Positions 7,806 to 15,518 of a DNA stretch of 24,000 nt are shown piece after piece. The position numbers and the translations under genes are program-made. The DNA is from Candidatus Hodarchaeum mangrovi (lineage in GTDB: Archaea; Asgardarchaeota; Heimdallarchaeia; Hodarchaeales; Hodarchaeaceae): positions 626 to 24,625 of the forward strand of contig JAEOUE010000183.1 in assembly GCA_016839515.1 (NCBI GenBank), in the 5' to 3' direction. Under the pieces are notes generated by a model. It made no database searches. It had not been told where the DNA came from and saw nothing but the letters and a program-made list of their open reading frames with translations. How positions within the stretch are numbered: the stretch's first letter is position 1; every line of letters begins with the position of its first letter.

Positions 7806-8852
7806 ATGGATGAAAATAAGCCATTATTAAGGGTGAAAGATCTTTCCACGCATTTTTTCACATATACTGGAGTAGTTAAGGCACTAGACGGTATAAACTT
7901 AGAGATAATGGGAAAGAATGATTCACTAGGTCTTGTGGGGGAGACAGGTTGTGGTAAAAGCGTCACAGCGTTATCGATCTTACAGCTGATTCCAAGACCT
8001 CCAGGACGTATCGTTAATGGTGAAGTTTGGTTCAATGGTGAAGATCTATTGAAGAAAAATGAGAGGTACATGCAACGAGAAATAAGAGGCAAAAGGATAT
8101 CTATGATATTTCAAGAGCCAATGACATCACTTAATCCTGTTATTCGTATAATAGATCAAATCACAGAGGCTATCTTACTTCATCCAGAAATAAATGGAAA
8201 TGAAACACCTTCTTTGTCTAAATATGATGATATGCCCAAATCTGAACGTGAAAAGATTAAAAAAGAAGCTAAAAAACATGCTATTGAACTACTTGATCTG
8301 ACAGGCATCCCAGATCCTGAGGAGGTAGCAGAAAGATACCCACATCAATTAAGCGGAGGAATGCGACAACGTGTGATGATTTCAATAGCTCTAGCATGTA
8401 ACCCACAGCTTCTCATTGCTGATGAACCCACGACATCACTTGATGTTACGATTCAAGCTCAAATATTATCTTTAATTAAGAAATTAAGGAAAAAATTTGG
8501 AATATCACTATTGCTTATTACTCATCATTTAGGTTTAATTTCCGCAATGTGTAACCAAGTTGCAGTGATGTATGCAGGTACAATCGTTGAATATACAGAC
8601 CTTAGATCCCTCTTTAGAAATCCGATTCATCCTTACACAAAAGGTTTATTAAAGTGTATCCCACGATTAGGAGGAGAGAGAGGAATAAAACTTAATACAA
8701 TTCCTGGGATGGTACCAGATCTAATAAATCCTCCAACAGGATGTAGATTCCACCCTCGTTGCAAAGAGAGGGGTTCAGAATGCGGAAAAAGTAAACCTAA
8801 GTTTATCGAAATAGATAAAGGGCACTTTGTTGCCTGCAACAAATATCATTAG
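7806..8852 (+). CDS. Oligopeptide/dipeptide ABC transporter ATP-binding protein (OppD/DppD type)
   Basis: Walker A GETGCGKS, signature LSGGMRQR and Walker B LLIADEPTTSLD. The Opp/Dpp-specific C-terminal extension is present (HPYTKGLL ... GCRFHPRC). ATG start. Confidence 0.92.
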   Translation: MDENKPLLRVKDLSTHFFTYTGVVKALDGINLEIMGKNDSLGLVGETGCGKSVTALSILQLIPRPPGRIVNGEVWFNGEDLLKKNERYMQREIRGKRISMIFQEPMTSLNPVIRIIDQITEAILLHPEINGNETPSLSKYDDMPKSEREKIKKEAKKHAIELLDLTGIPDPEEVAERYPHQLSGGMRQRVMISIALACNPQLLIADEPTTSLDVTIQAQILSLIKKLRKKFGISLLLITHHLGLISAMCNQVAVMYAGTIVEYTDLRSLFRNPIHPYTKGLLKCIPRLGGERGIKLNTIPGMVPDLINPPTGCRFHPRCKERGSECGKSKPKFIEIDKGHFVACNKYH

Positions 8853-8886
8853 TCAGTATATAAGATGTTTCTGGCCTTAATATTGG

Positions 8887-8902
8887 ATATATACGTATAT
8901 AT
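8887..8902. repeat. Perfect 16-bp palindrome ATATATACGTATATAT between the two ATPase genes
   Basis: Checked base by base: the sequence equals its own reverse complement. It sits 7 nt upstream of the GGTG Shine-Dalgarno (8910-8913) of the downstream gene. Confidence 0.6.
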
Positions 8903-8920
8903 GAAAAAAGGTGTTATATT

Positions 8921-9901
8921 TTGCAAGAAATCTTATTACAGGTTAGTCATTTAAAAACCTATTTTCCAATCAGGGCAGGAATCTTAAAAAGAACAGTGGG
9001 CTGGGTAAAAGCAGTTGATGATGTCAGCTTTGACATCAAAAAAGGGGAGATCTTAGGATTAGTAGGGGAGTCAGGGTGTGGAAAAACAACGGTTGGTAGG
9101 GTTATTCTGATGTTAGAGAATCCAACATCAGGAGAAATTTTATTCAATGGAAAAGATATAACGAAAATGAAGAAAGACGCATTGAGAAAGCATAGACGAC
9201 AAATGATGATGGTTTTTCAAGATCCTTTTTCTTCATTGAATCCTCGAATGACAGTGAAAAGAATAGTAGGGGAACCACTTATCATTAATAAGTATTGTTC
9301 TAAGCATGAGAGCAAAAACAGAATTGTAGACCTATTAGGAAAAGTAGGTTTAAAGGAAGAGCACCTCAATCGCTTTCCTCATGAGTTTTCAGGAGGACAA
9401 CGTCAACGGATCTGTGTAGCACGTGCGCTTGCCTTAAATCCAAGTTTAATAGTTCTTGATGAACCAACTTCGGCACTAGATGTTTCAGTTCAATCCCAAG
9501 TCCTCAATTTGTTCAAAGAACTATTATCAGAGTTCGGTCTTTCTTACTTATTTATCTCTCATGATCTGGCAGTAATCAAATATATGAGTGATAGGATATG
9601 TGTAATGTATGTTGGTAAAATAGTAGAACAAGGTTATACAGAAACGATCTACCAAGAACCAGCACACCCCTATACAAAGGCATTAATGTCGGCAATTTTA
9701 GAACCAAACCCTGAATATGAACAAGAACCCATTATACTCAAGGGAGATGTACCTAGTTCATCAAATCCTCCTTTAGGATGTAGATTCCATCCTCGTTGTT
9801 GGCTAGCAAAACCTGTATGTAGTGAAAAAGAACCACCTTCTGTTAATGTAGGAAATAAACATTTTGCTTCTTGTTGGGCTTTAGAAAAAGATTGGGATTG
9901 A
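8921..9901 (+). CDS. Oligopeptide/dipeptide ABC transporter ATP-binding protein (OppF/DppF type)
   Basis: Walker A GESGCGKTT, signature FSGGQRQR and Walker B LIVLDEPTSALD. C-terminal HPYTKALM ... GCRFHPRC. TTG start with GGTG 7 nt upstream. Confidence 0.92.
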   Translation: MQEILLQVSHLKTYFPIRAGILKRTVGWVKAVDDVSFDIKKGEILGLVGESGCGKTTVGRVILMLENPTSGEILFNGKDITKMKKDALRKHRRQMMMVFQDPFSSLNPRMTVKRIVGEPLIINKYCSKHESKNRIVDLLGKVGLKEEHLNRFPHEFSGGQRQRICVARALALNPSLIVLDEPTSALDVSVQSQVLNLFKELLSEFGLSYLFISHDLAVIKYMSDRICVMYVGKIVEQGYTETIYQEPAHPYTKALMSAILEPNPEYEQEPIILKGDVPSSSNPPLGCRFHPRCWLAKPVCSEKEPPSVNVGNKHFASCWALEKDWD

Positions 9902-9958
9902 CTGAATAGATAAAAAAAGAATAAATAAGAATTATCATCAAAGATGACGTGAAGAAAA

Positions 9959-10876
9959 TTGATTGAGAAAAATAATGTCCTAGAAAAAAAACCGAAGACT
10001 TCAAGGTTACCTCTGACATTGTATAAATTTCAGAAGAATAGGCGCGCATTATTTGGATTTATTGTTCTTGTGATAATTTTTATTATTGCTGTTTTTGCTT
10101 TAGATCCTTGGGGACACCCTTTATTAGCACCCTATAATCCATATGGACATCTTCCAACCTCAGAACGATTAGATCGCAGAGCTGAAAAGCCTTCTGCGCA
10201 ACATCTCTTAGGACTCGATGAACTTGGAAGGGATCTCCTTAGCAGAATTATGGTTGGCTGTCGAATCTCGATTACAATTGGATTCGTTTCTGTTTCTATT
10301 GCTCTAATTTTTGGTATGTTTATTGGATCCATTTCTGGTTATTTTGGTAAGTGGGTTGATCATCTTCTAATGCGGATTATAGATATTATGATGGCGTTTC
10401 CTGCATTTCTATTAGCACTAATGATCATTGCAATCTTAGGCCCATCACTACAAAATGCAATGGTTGCTATTGGTATTGCTTTAATACCAGTGTATGCACG
10501 ATTAACTCGAGGGCAAGTTATTTCAATAAAAGAAAACGATTATGTTGAAGCAGCAAGGATGGTGGGAGCTAGAGACTGGAGGATTATTTTATTGCATATT
10601 TTACCTAATGCCACTGCTCCTCTTATCGTCCAATCAACCCTCAATTTTGCTAGTGCAATACTCTCAGCAGCAGCACTAGGTTATTTAGGCCTTGGAGCCC
10701 AACCACCTACACCAGAATGGGGGGTCATGTTAAGTGATGGAAGACTATATTTATTGGCAGGAGCAACCCATTTATCTTTGTTTCCTGGACTTGCGATTAT
10801 GATTACTGTACTAGCTTTCAACCTAGTCGGAGATGGCCTCAGAGATGCCTTCGATCCAAGAATGGTGAGTGAATAA
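9959..10876 (+). CDS. ABC transporter permease (DppC/OppC type)
   Basis: N-terminal TM helix followed by an extracytoplasmic loop with HLLGLDELGRDLLSR. EAA-loop region is YVEAARMVGARDWRIILLHILPNATAPLIV. C-terminal GDGLRDAFDPR. Multiple TM helices. TTG start. Confidence 0.9.
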   Translation: MIEKNNVLEKKPKTSRLPLTLYKFQKNRRALFGFIVLVIIFIIAVFALDPWGHPLLAPYNPYGHLPTSERLDRRAEKPSAQHLLGLDELGRDLLSRIMVGCRISITIGFVSVSIALIFGMFIGSISGYFGKWVDHLLMRIIDIMMAFPAFLLALMIIAILGPSLQNAMVAIGIALIPVYARLTRGQVISIKENDYVEAARMVGARDWRIILLHILPNATAPLIVQSTLNFASAILSAAALGYLGLGAQPPTPEWGVMLSDGRLYLLAGATHLSLFPGLAIMITVLAFNLVGDGLRDAFDPRMVSE

Positions 10877-11889
10877 TGTCATTTGTATCTTTTTTGATTA
10901 GGAGGCTACTTTTAGTAATTCCAGTTCTTTTAGCAGTTTCTTTCATTGTTTTCTTCATGATTCGATTAATTCCTGGAGATCCTGCCCTCCTTCTTGTTCC
11001 GGAAGATGCTCCACCAGAGCAAGTTGATTACCTTCGTGAAAGATGGGGATTAAATGATCCAATTCATGAGCAATTTTTAAGGTTCTTAGTAAATATCTTA
11101 AACGGGGATCTTGGAAAGTCAATTCGGACTGGCCGACCCGTTATTGAAGAAATCCTACCACGATTTACCAACACAATATTTTTGGCAAGTTCGGCCTGTT
11201 TAATAGCTATACTTGTCGGCGGATTTGCAGGGGTTATTTCTAGTGTAAAGCCTTACTCGAAAATAGACAACTTTGCAATGATAGGGTCAATGGTAGGTGT
11301 ATCTGCTCCAGCTTTCTGGCTTGGCCTGATGATGATGTGGATATTAGCTGTTGAGCTAAATTTACTCCCCGCGGTTGGTACTGGCAATTATACTCACCTA
11401 TTTTCTCTTATTCCAGGATTAATTTATCCTCTGGGTTCAACACTATCAGAATTTCTCGATGAGCTATTAAATTGCATCAAGCATCTAGTTATGCCAGCGG
11501 TCACTCTTTCAGCATTTCTAATGGCTGTTATTGCACGACAAACCCGTTCTTCTATGTTAGAGGTCTTGACTAGTGATTATATCAGAACGGCACGAGCAAA
11601 AGGAGCACCTAGACCACGAGTAATTGTTTATCATGCATTAAAGAATGCAATGATTCCGGTTCTTACAGTAGCAGGAGTTGCATTTGGTTCTATGTTAGGA
11701 GGTTCCATTATTGTAGAGAAGGTATTTGAGTACAATGGCTTGGGACAATATATGATAGATTCAATTCACACTAGAGACTATCCTGTTATACAAGCAGTGA
11801 TTCTTTGGTATGCTCTTATCTTCACTGTAGTTAATCTAATTGTAGATGTCATTTACGGATGGTTAGATCCCCGAATAGTCTATGAGTAA
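10876..11889 (+). CDS. ABC transporter permease (DppB/OppB type)
   Basis: N-terminus is FLIRRLLLVIPVLLAVSFIVFFMIRLIPGDP. The conserved loop is YIRTARAKGAPRPRVIVYHALKNAMIPVLTV, and the C-terminus is DVIYGWLDPRI. The ATG overlaps the upstream stop by one base (TAATG at 10874-10878), which implies translational coupling. Confidence 0.9.
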   Translation: MSFVSFLIRRLLLVIPVLLAVSFIVFFMIRLIPGDPALLLVPEDAPPEQVDYLRERWGLNDPIHEQFLRFLVNILNGDLGKSIRTGRPVIEEILPRFTNTIFLASSACLIAILVGGFAGVISSVKPYSKIDNFAMIGSMVGVSAPAFWLGLMMMWILAVELNLLPAVGTGNYTHLFSLIPGLIYPLGSTLSEFLDELLNCIKHLVMPAVTLSAFLMAVIARQTRSSMLEVLTSDYIRTARAKGAPRPRVIVYHALKNAMIPVLTVAGVAFGSMLGGSIIVEKVFEYNGLGQYMIDSIHTRDYPVIQAVILWYALIFTVVNLIVDVIYGWLDPRIVYE

Positions 11890-12024
11890 ATCTAAATCAA
11901 TTTAAAATTTAGAAAAATTTAATAAAACATCGTAATATTGTTGAAAAGTTATTAGCTATCAAATCTTATAAGAAGACTTGTAAGGAAAGAAAGGTGAATA
12001 AAAATATTACCTAGAAATGAATAT

Positions 12025-13077
12025 TTGCAGCTCTCTCGTGAGGAGAGATTCATTAAATTAGATTCAGTGGAAATCGAACGTGTAAAAGAGATTTTCGAGA
12101 AAAATTATACTATCGATATGCATACTCACTTTTTTGGGAGCATTCACTTTAAATGGACACCAGAAATTAGTGAGAGAGTTAAACAGTCTGGGATTAATGC
12201 AGGCTTTGAAGCTGTGCCATGCCTGGCGGAAGATTTTACGGAAACTACGGCCATCATTGGCCAATATCGTAGCATCGTTGAGAAAGAACCAGGTTTAGTC
12301 TCAGCATTTACGGCCGCAGACATCAGAAAAGCGAAGAAGGAAGGCATACAGGCTATCTTATATCAGCTTGAGCCGTGGAGCGGCAGACGAAATCTCGACC
12401 TGGTAGATGTAGCCTATGGCTTAGGATTCCGAATGATCCTTCTCACATTTAATACTCGAACCTACATAGGCGACGGGTGTGCGGAAAAAACCAATGCAGG
12501 ACTTAGCTATTTGGGGTTGGAATTAGTAGAACGCCTGAATAGCGCTGGCATCCTGATTGATCTGAGTCATTGTGGGATCCAGACCTCACTGGATGCCATT
12601 GAGCATTCCAAAGATCCCTGCCTGTTTAATCATACTGGAGCCCGTGCTTTAAACCCACAAGTAAAACGATTAAGAACCGATGAGGAGCTACAAGCTATTA
12701 CTGAGAAGGGTGGGATGATTGGCATCTCTGCTATCCCTAATCAATTGTCTAGCAAACTCGAACAGAGTATTGAGGATCATTTGAATCATATTGATTATGT
12801 TGCCGATTTAGTAGGTACAAACCACATGATGATTGGCTTAGATAATGTATTCGATGACCAAGTTCAAAATCATAAAGAAATGGATAAAAAAAGTAAAGGT
12901 CTTAATCGGAAACGAGACGGTATGGTTTTAGTAGCACCATACATCTATGGATTAGAAGCACCAGATGAATGGGAAAATATAGTAAGAGGATTGGTAAAAC
13001 ATGGATATTCAGATTCAGACATCAAGAAAATCATTGGTGAAAACGCTCTTAAAATTATCAAACAAGTTGTAGGATAG
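12025..13077 (+). CDS. M19-like metallohydrolase, paralogue B3 (inverted relative to the other four)
   Basis: Motifs DMHTHF, YQLEPWSGRRNLDL, LIDLSHCGIQTSLDAI, CLFNHTGAR and IGLDNVF. It is near-identical to 4329-5399 over the central barrel. The start is uncertain. TTG 12025 is the first canonical start, but paralogue-conserved residues (..PRNEYL) continue in frame upstream to the stop at 11995-11997. Confidence 0.85.
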   Translation: MQLSREERFIKLDSVEIERVKEIFEKNYTIDMHTHFFGSIHFKWTPEISERVKQSGINAGFEAVPCLAEDFTETTAIIGQYRSIVEKEPGLVSAFTAADIRKAKKEGIQAILYQLEPWSGRRNLDLVDVAYGLGFRMILLTFNTRTYIGDGCAEKTNAGLSYLGLELVERLNSAGILIDLSHCGIQTSLDAIEHSKDPCLFNHTGARALNPQVKRLRTDEELQAITEKGGMIGISAIPNQLSSKLEQSIEDHLNHIDYVADLVGTNHMMIGLDNVFDDQVQNHKEMDKKSKGLNRKRDGMVLVAPYIYGLEAPDEWENIVRGLVKHGYSDSDIKKIIGENALKIIKQVVG

Positions 13078-13103
13078 AAAAAGCTGAAAGATGGGATGAG
13101 ATA

Positions 13104-14519
13104 ATGATTGAGGATAAAAATGAAATTACATTAGGGGAGAAATTTGCACGATATGTAATTGAAACAGACTTTGATAACCTACCACAATCTGCTGTAAAAA
13201 GAGCTAAAAGTATTGTTTTTGATTTTGCTGGTATCGCATTGTCAGGATATGGGACTCATCATCCAATGATTAAGAGCCTTATAAGTTACGCCCGTGCAAA
13301 AGTAGCCAAAGAAGAAGCAACGATTCTAGGTGCAGGTACACAAACCAGTGCAGAAGATGCAGCTTTTACAAATAGTGTACTGTCTAACTTTCTAGATTCA
13401 AGCGATGGACACTATATGGGAGGGCATATCAATGATCGTGTAGTTCCAGTAGCTCTTTCAGTAGCAGAAAGTGTGGCAGCAAGTGGGAAAGATTTTCTAA
13501 CAGCGGTTGTTCTCGGTTATGAGGCATATATTAGATTATCTTATGTCCTATTTCGTTCAGCTGAAGCTGCATCGACAAAGAGGAGCCCTATGTTTGTCGT
13601 ACTTTCTACTCTTTCGAGTGTTATTCCTGCGGGGAAACTTCTGGGGTTGAATGCTGAACAAATTTCGGGTGCAATGGGATTAGCTGCATCAGCACAGATC
13701 GTAGGTTCACAATATACAATAAGTGGAGGAAATGAGAAGGATCTTGTCTGTGGACAAGAATCTAGACGAGCTGTAATGGCAGCATTCCTAGCAAAATATG
13801 GAATCACAGGCTCTAAAGATATATTAGAAGGAAAAAGAGCTGTTGGTAAAGTTATTTCAGATAATTGCAATTGGGATGAGTTCTTGGAGAACTTAGGTTC
13901 ACCTGAAAGTTTCAAAATAATGGAAACTTATTTTAAACCTTGGCCAGCCTGTAAATTTTTGCACTCGACTATTGAAGCAGCTTTGAACTTGGTCCATGAT
14001 AATCAGGTTAATTCTGAGCAAATTAATGAAGTAATAATCAAGTTGAACTCTGATTCTGCAAGAAGGTCTGCATTCAAGTTTTACTCTCATGTTAATGCGA
14101 TATTCAGTCATCCATATCAAGCAGTAACAGTTTTAGTAGATGGTAAACCTGATCTTCCTATTAAATGGTCAGAAAAGTTGCAAGATCCTAGGATTGTAGC
14201 ACTTTTAAAGAAAACAAAAGTAGCAGTGGACGAAGAATTCGAAAAAATGTATTCAACAAGGACAATAGAGGGGGGTACTTGGCCTTCGACAGTAGGTGTA
14301 AAACTAAAGGATGGACGATATTTGGAGTCAACAGTAATGTCCCCAAAGGGAGATCCCACAGTTCCCATGTCTGATGATGACCTTAAAATAAAAATTGCGA
14401 GCTTATCCCGAGGAGTTTTAGATTACAATCGGATTGAGAAGATATACGAGATAATTCAAGACCTAGAACAAGTTAAGGATATAAGATCCTTTACAAAGAA
14501 CTTAGTTTTACCAACCTAG
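13104..14519 (+). CDS. MmgE/PrpD-family protein (2-methylcitrate dehydratase superfamily; substrate unknown)
   Basis: Characteristic N-terminus: LGEKFARYVIETDFDNLPQSAVKRAKSIVFDFAGIALSG. The 471-aa length and the mid-protein ETYFKPWPACKFLHSTIEAAL block are both typical of the family. It begins 26 nt after the preceding gene. Confidence 0.82.
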   Translation: MIEDKNEITLGEKFARYVIETDFDNLPQSAVKRAKSIVFDFAGIALSGYGTHHPMIKSLISYARAKVAKEEATILGAGTQTSAEDAAFTNSVLSNFLDSSDGHYMGGHINDRVVPVALSVAESVAASGKDFLTAVVLGYEAYIRLSYVLFRSAEAASTKRSPMFVVLSTLSSVIPAGKLLGLNAEQISGAMGLAASAQIVGSQYTISGGNEKDLVCGQESRRAVMAAFLAKYGITGSKDILEGKRAVGKVISDNCNWDEFLENLGSPESFKIMETYFKPWPACKFLHSTIEAALNLVHDNQVNSEQINEVIIKLNSDSARRSAFKFYSHVNAIFSHPYQAVTVLVDGKPDLPIKWSEKLQDPRIVALLKKTKVAVDEEFEKMYSTRTIEGGTWPSTVGVKLKDGRYLESTVMSPKGDPTVPMSDDDLKIKIASLSRGVLDYNRIEKIYEIIQDLEQVKDIRSFTKNLVLPT

Positions 14520-14532
14520 GAGATAAAAAGAA

Positions 14533-15492
14533 TTGAAAACGCTAGTCGAAATTTTCGAATCAAACCTGAAACAGTGTGCTAATCTTCAGCCCAACGAATC
14601 AGTTTTAGTAATGTCGGATTTTGAACAAACCTCTGAGATTCCCTTATCCATAGTTAAGGCTATAGAAAAATTGCAGGCTAGACCATTATTGATTATAATG
14701 GAAAAAAATCTCTTGAAAGAGAAAGGGATATCGAAGTCTTATCAACAAGTAATGAATGAAGCTGATTTAATTGTAATATGTACTTCTGATTATTTCCCTG
14801 GAGAATCTCGCGTCATCGCTACACAAGCAGGTTCTCGAATTCTTTCAATGGTTAAAGCCGATGAGAATATGATTAGACGTTGTATAGATATCGATTATAA
14901 TGAACTCTCAAAGCTTACACGGAAAGTAGCTGATAGGTTCTCTGAAGCAAAAGAAATTAACATCAAGAGCGACTCTGGAACAGACATTTATTTTAGACCG
15001 AGTGGCAATAAAGCCTTTTATTTTGATGGCCTCTGTAGAGAAAAGGGAAAAATCACATCACATCCTTCAGGTGTAGTTGCTGTCGCTTTAGAAGAGAATC
15101 AAGCAGAAGGAACGTGGGTTATAAATGCTAGCGCTGCTAAACTAGGTTTAGTTGATCCACCAATAACTATTGAGGTGACTGAAGGTGTAGCAAAAATAGT
15201 AAGCAATTCAGAGCAAGCTGATCAATTCCAAAAGATTTTATCTGCTGGTGATGATAATTCATGGAAAATTTGTGAGGTTGGTTGTGGAACAAATGCTAGA
15301 GCTACCTACATTGGGGAATTGATTGAAGATGAAAGAGTACAAGGATCTGCTCATATAGGATTAGGAGGTAATACTCACTTTGGGGGAAAGATACAAAGCA
15401 TTTCTCATATTGATACATCTACGAGGAATCCTACTGTCATATTGGATGGATTCGCGATTATTTCCAAAGGAAATTTAAATCGCGAATTATGA
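14533..15492 (+). CDS. M29/AmpS (aminopeptidase T)-NicX superfamily metallohydrolase-like protein
   Basis: The C-terminal metal-site pattern is typical of the thermophilic-metalloprotease fold: CEVGCGTNARA...EDERVQGSAHIGLGGN...SISHIDTS (E, H and H-x-D). At 319 aa it is shorter than classical AmpS (~410 aa) and closer to NicX-sized members. TTG start with AGGAGA 9 nt upstream. Confidence 0.6.
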   Translation: MKTLVEIFESNLKQCANLQPNESVLVMSDFEQTSEIPLSIVKAIEKLQARPLLIIMEKNLLKEKGISKSYQQVMNEADLIVICTSDYFPGESRVIATQAGSRILSMVKADENMIRRCIDIDYNELSKLTRKVADRFSEAKEINIKSDSGTDIYFRPSGNKAFYFDGLCREKGKITSHPSGVVAVALEENQAEGTWVINASAAKLGLVDPPITIEVTEGVAKIVSNSEQADQFQKILSAGDDNSWKICEVGCGTNARATYIGELIEDERVQGSAHIGLGGNTHFGGKIQSISHIDTSTRNPTVILDGFAIISKGNLNREL

Positions 15493-15518
15493 TGAAGAAA
15501 CTTACTTATAGAAATTAG

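Noticed and set aside
6324-10332. Minus-strand ORFs 6324-6539, 6433-6627, 7760-8092, 8633-8842, 8959-9147, 9843-10049 and 10132-10332
   Set aside because: All overlap well-supported plus-strand ABC transporter genes in antisense. None has a family resemblance or a ribosome-binding site.
11892-11912. Hairpin CTAAAT-CAATTTAAA-ATTTAG just after the last permease gene
   Set aside because: The stem is 6 bp and entirely A/T apart from one G-C pair, and it is not followed by a T-run. It cannot be distinguished from chance in AT-rich sequence.
4329-13077. Idea that the inverted paralogue pair marks a composite transposon or mobile cassette carrying the importer
   Set aside because: No transposase, integrase or terminal inverted repeats were seen. 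The two copies differ at many synonymous sites (20 in one 42-codon stretch), so they are not recently duplicated element ends.
12064-14368. Minus-strand ORFs 12064-12264, 12144-12347, 13541-13915, 13899-14120 and 14117-14368
   Set aside because: They are antisense shadows of the fifth M19 paralogue and the PrpD-family gene. No independent support exists.
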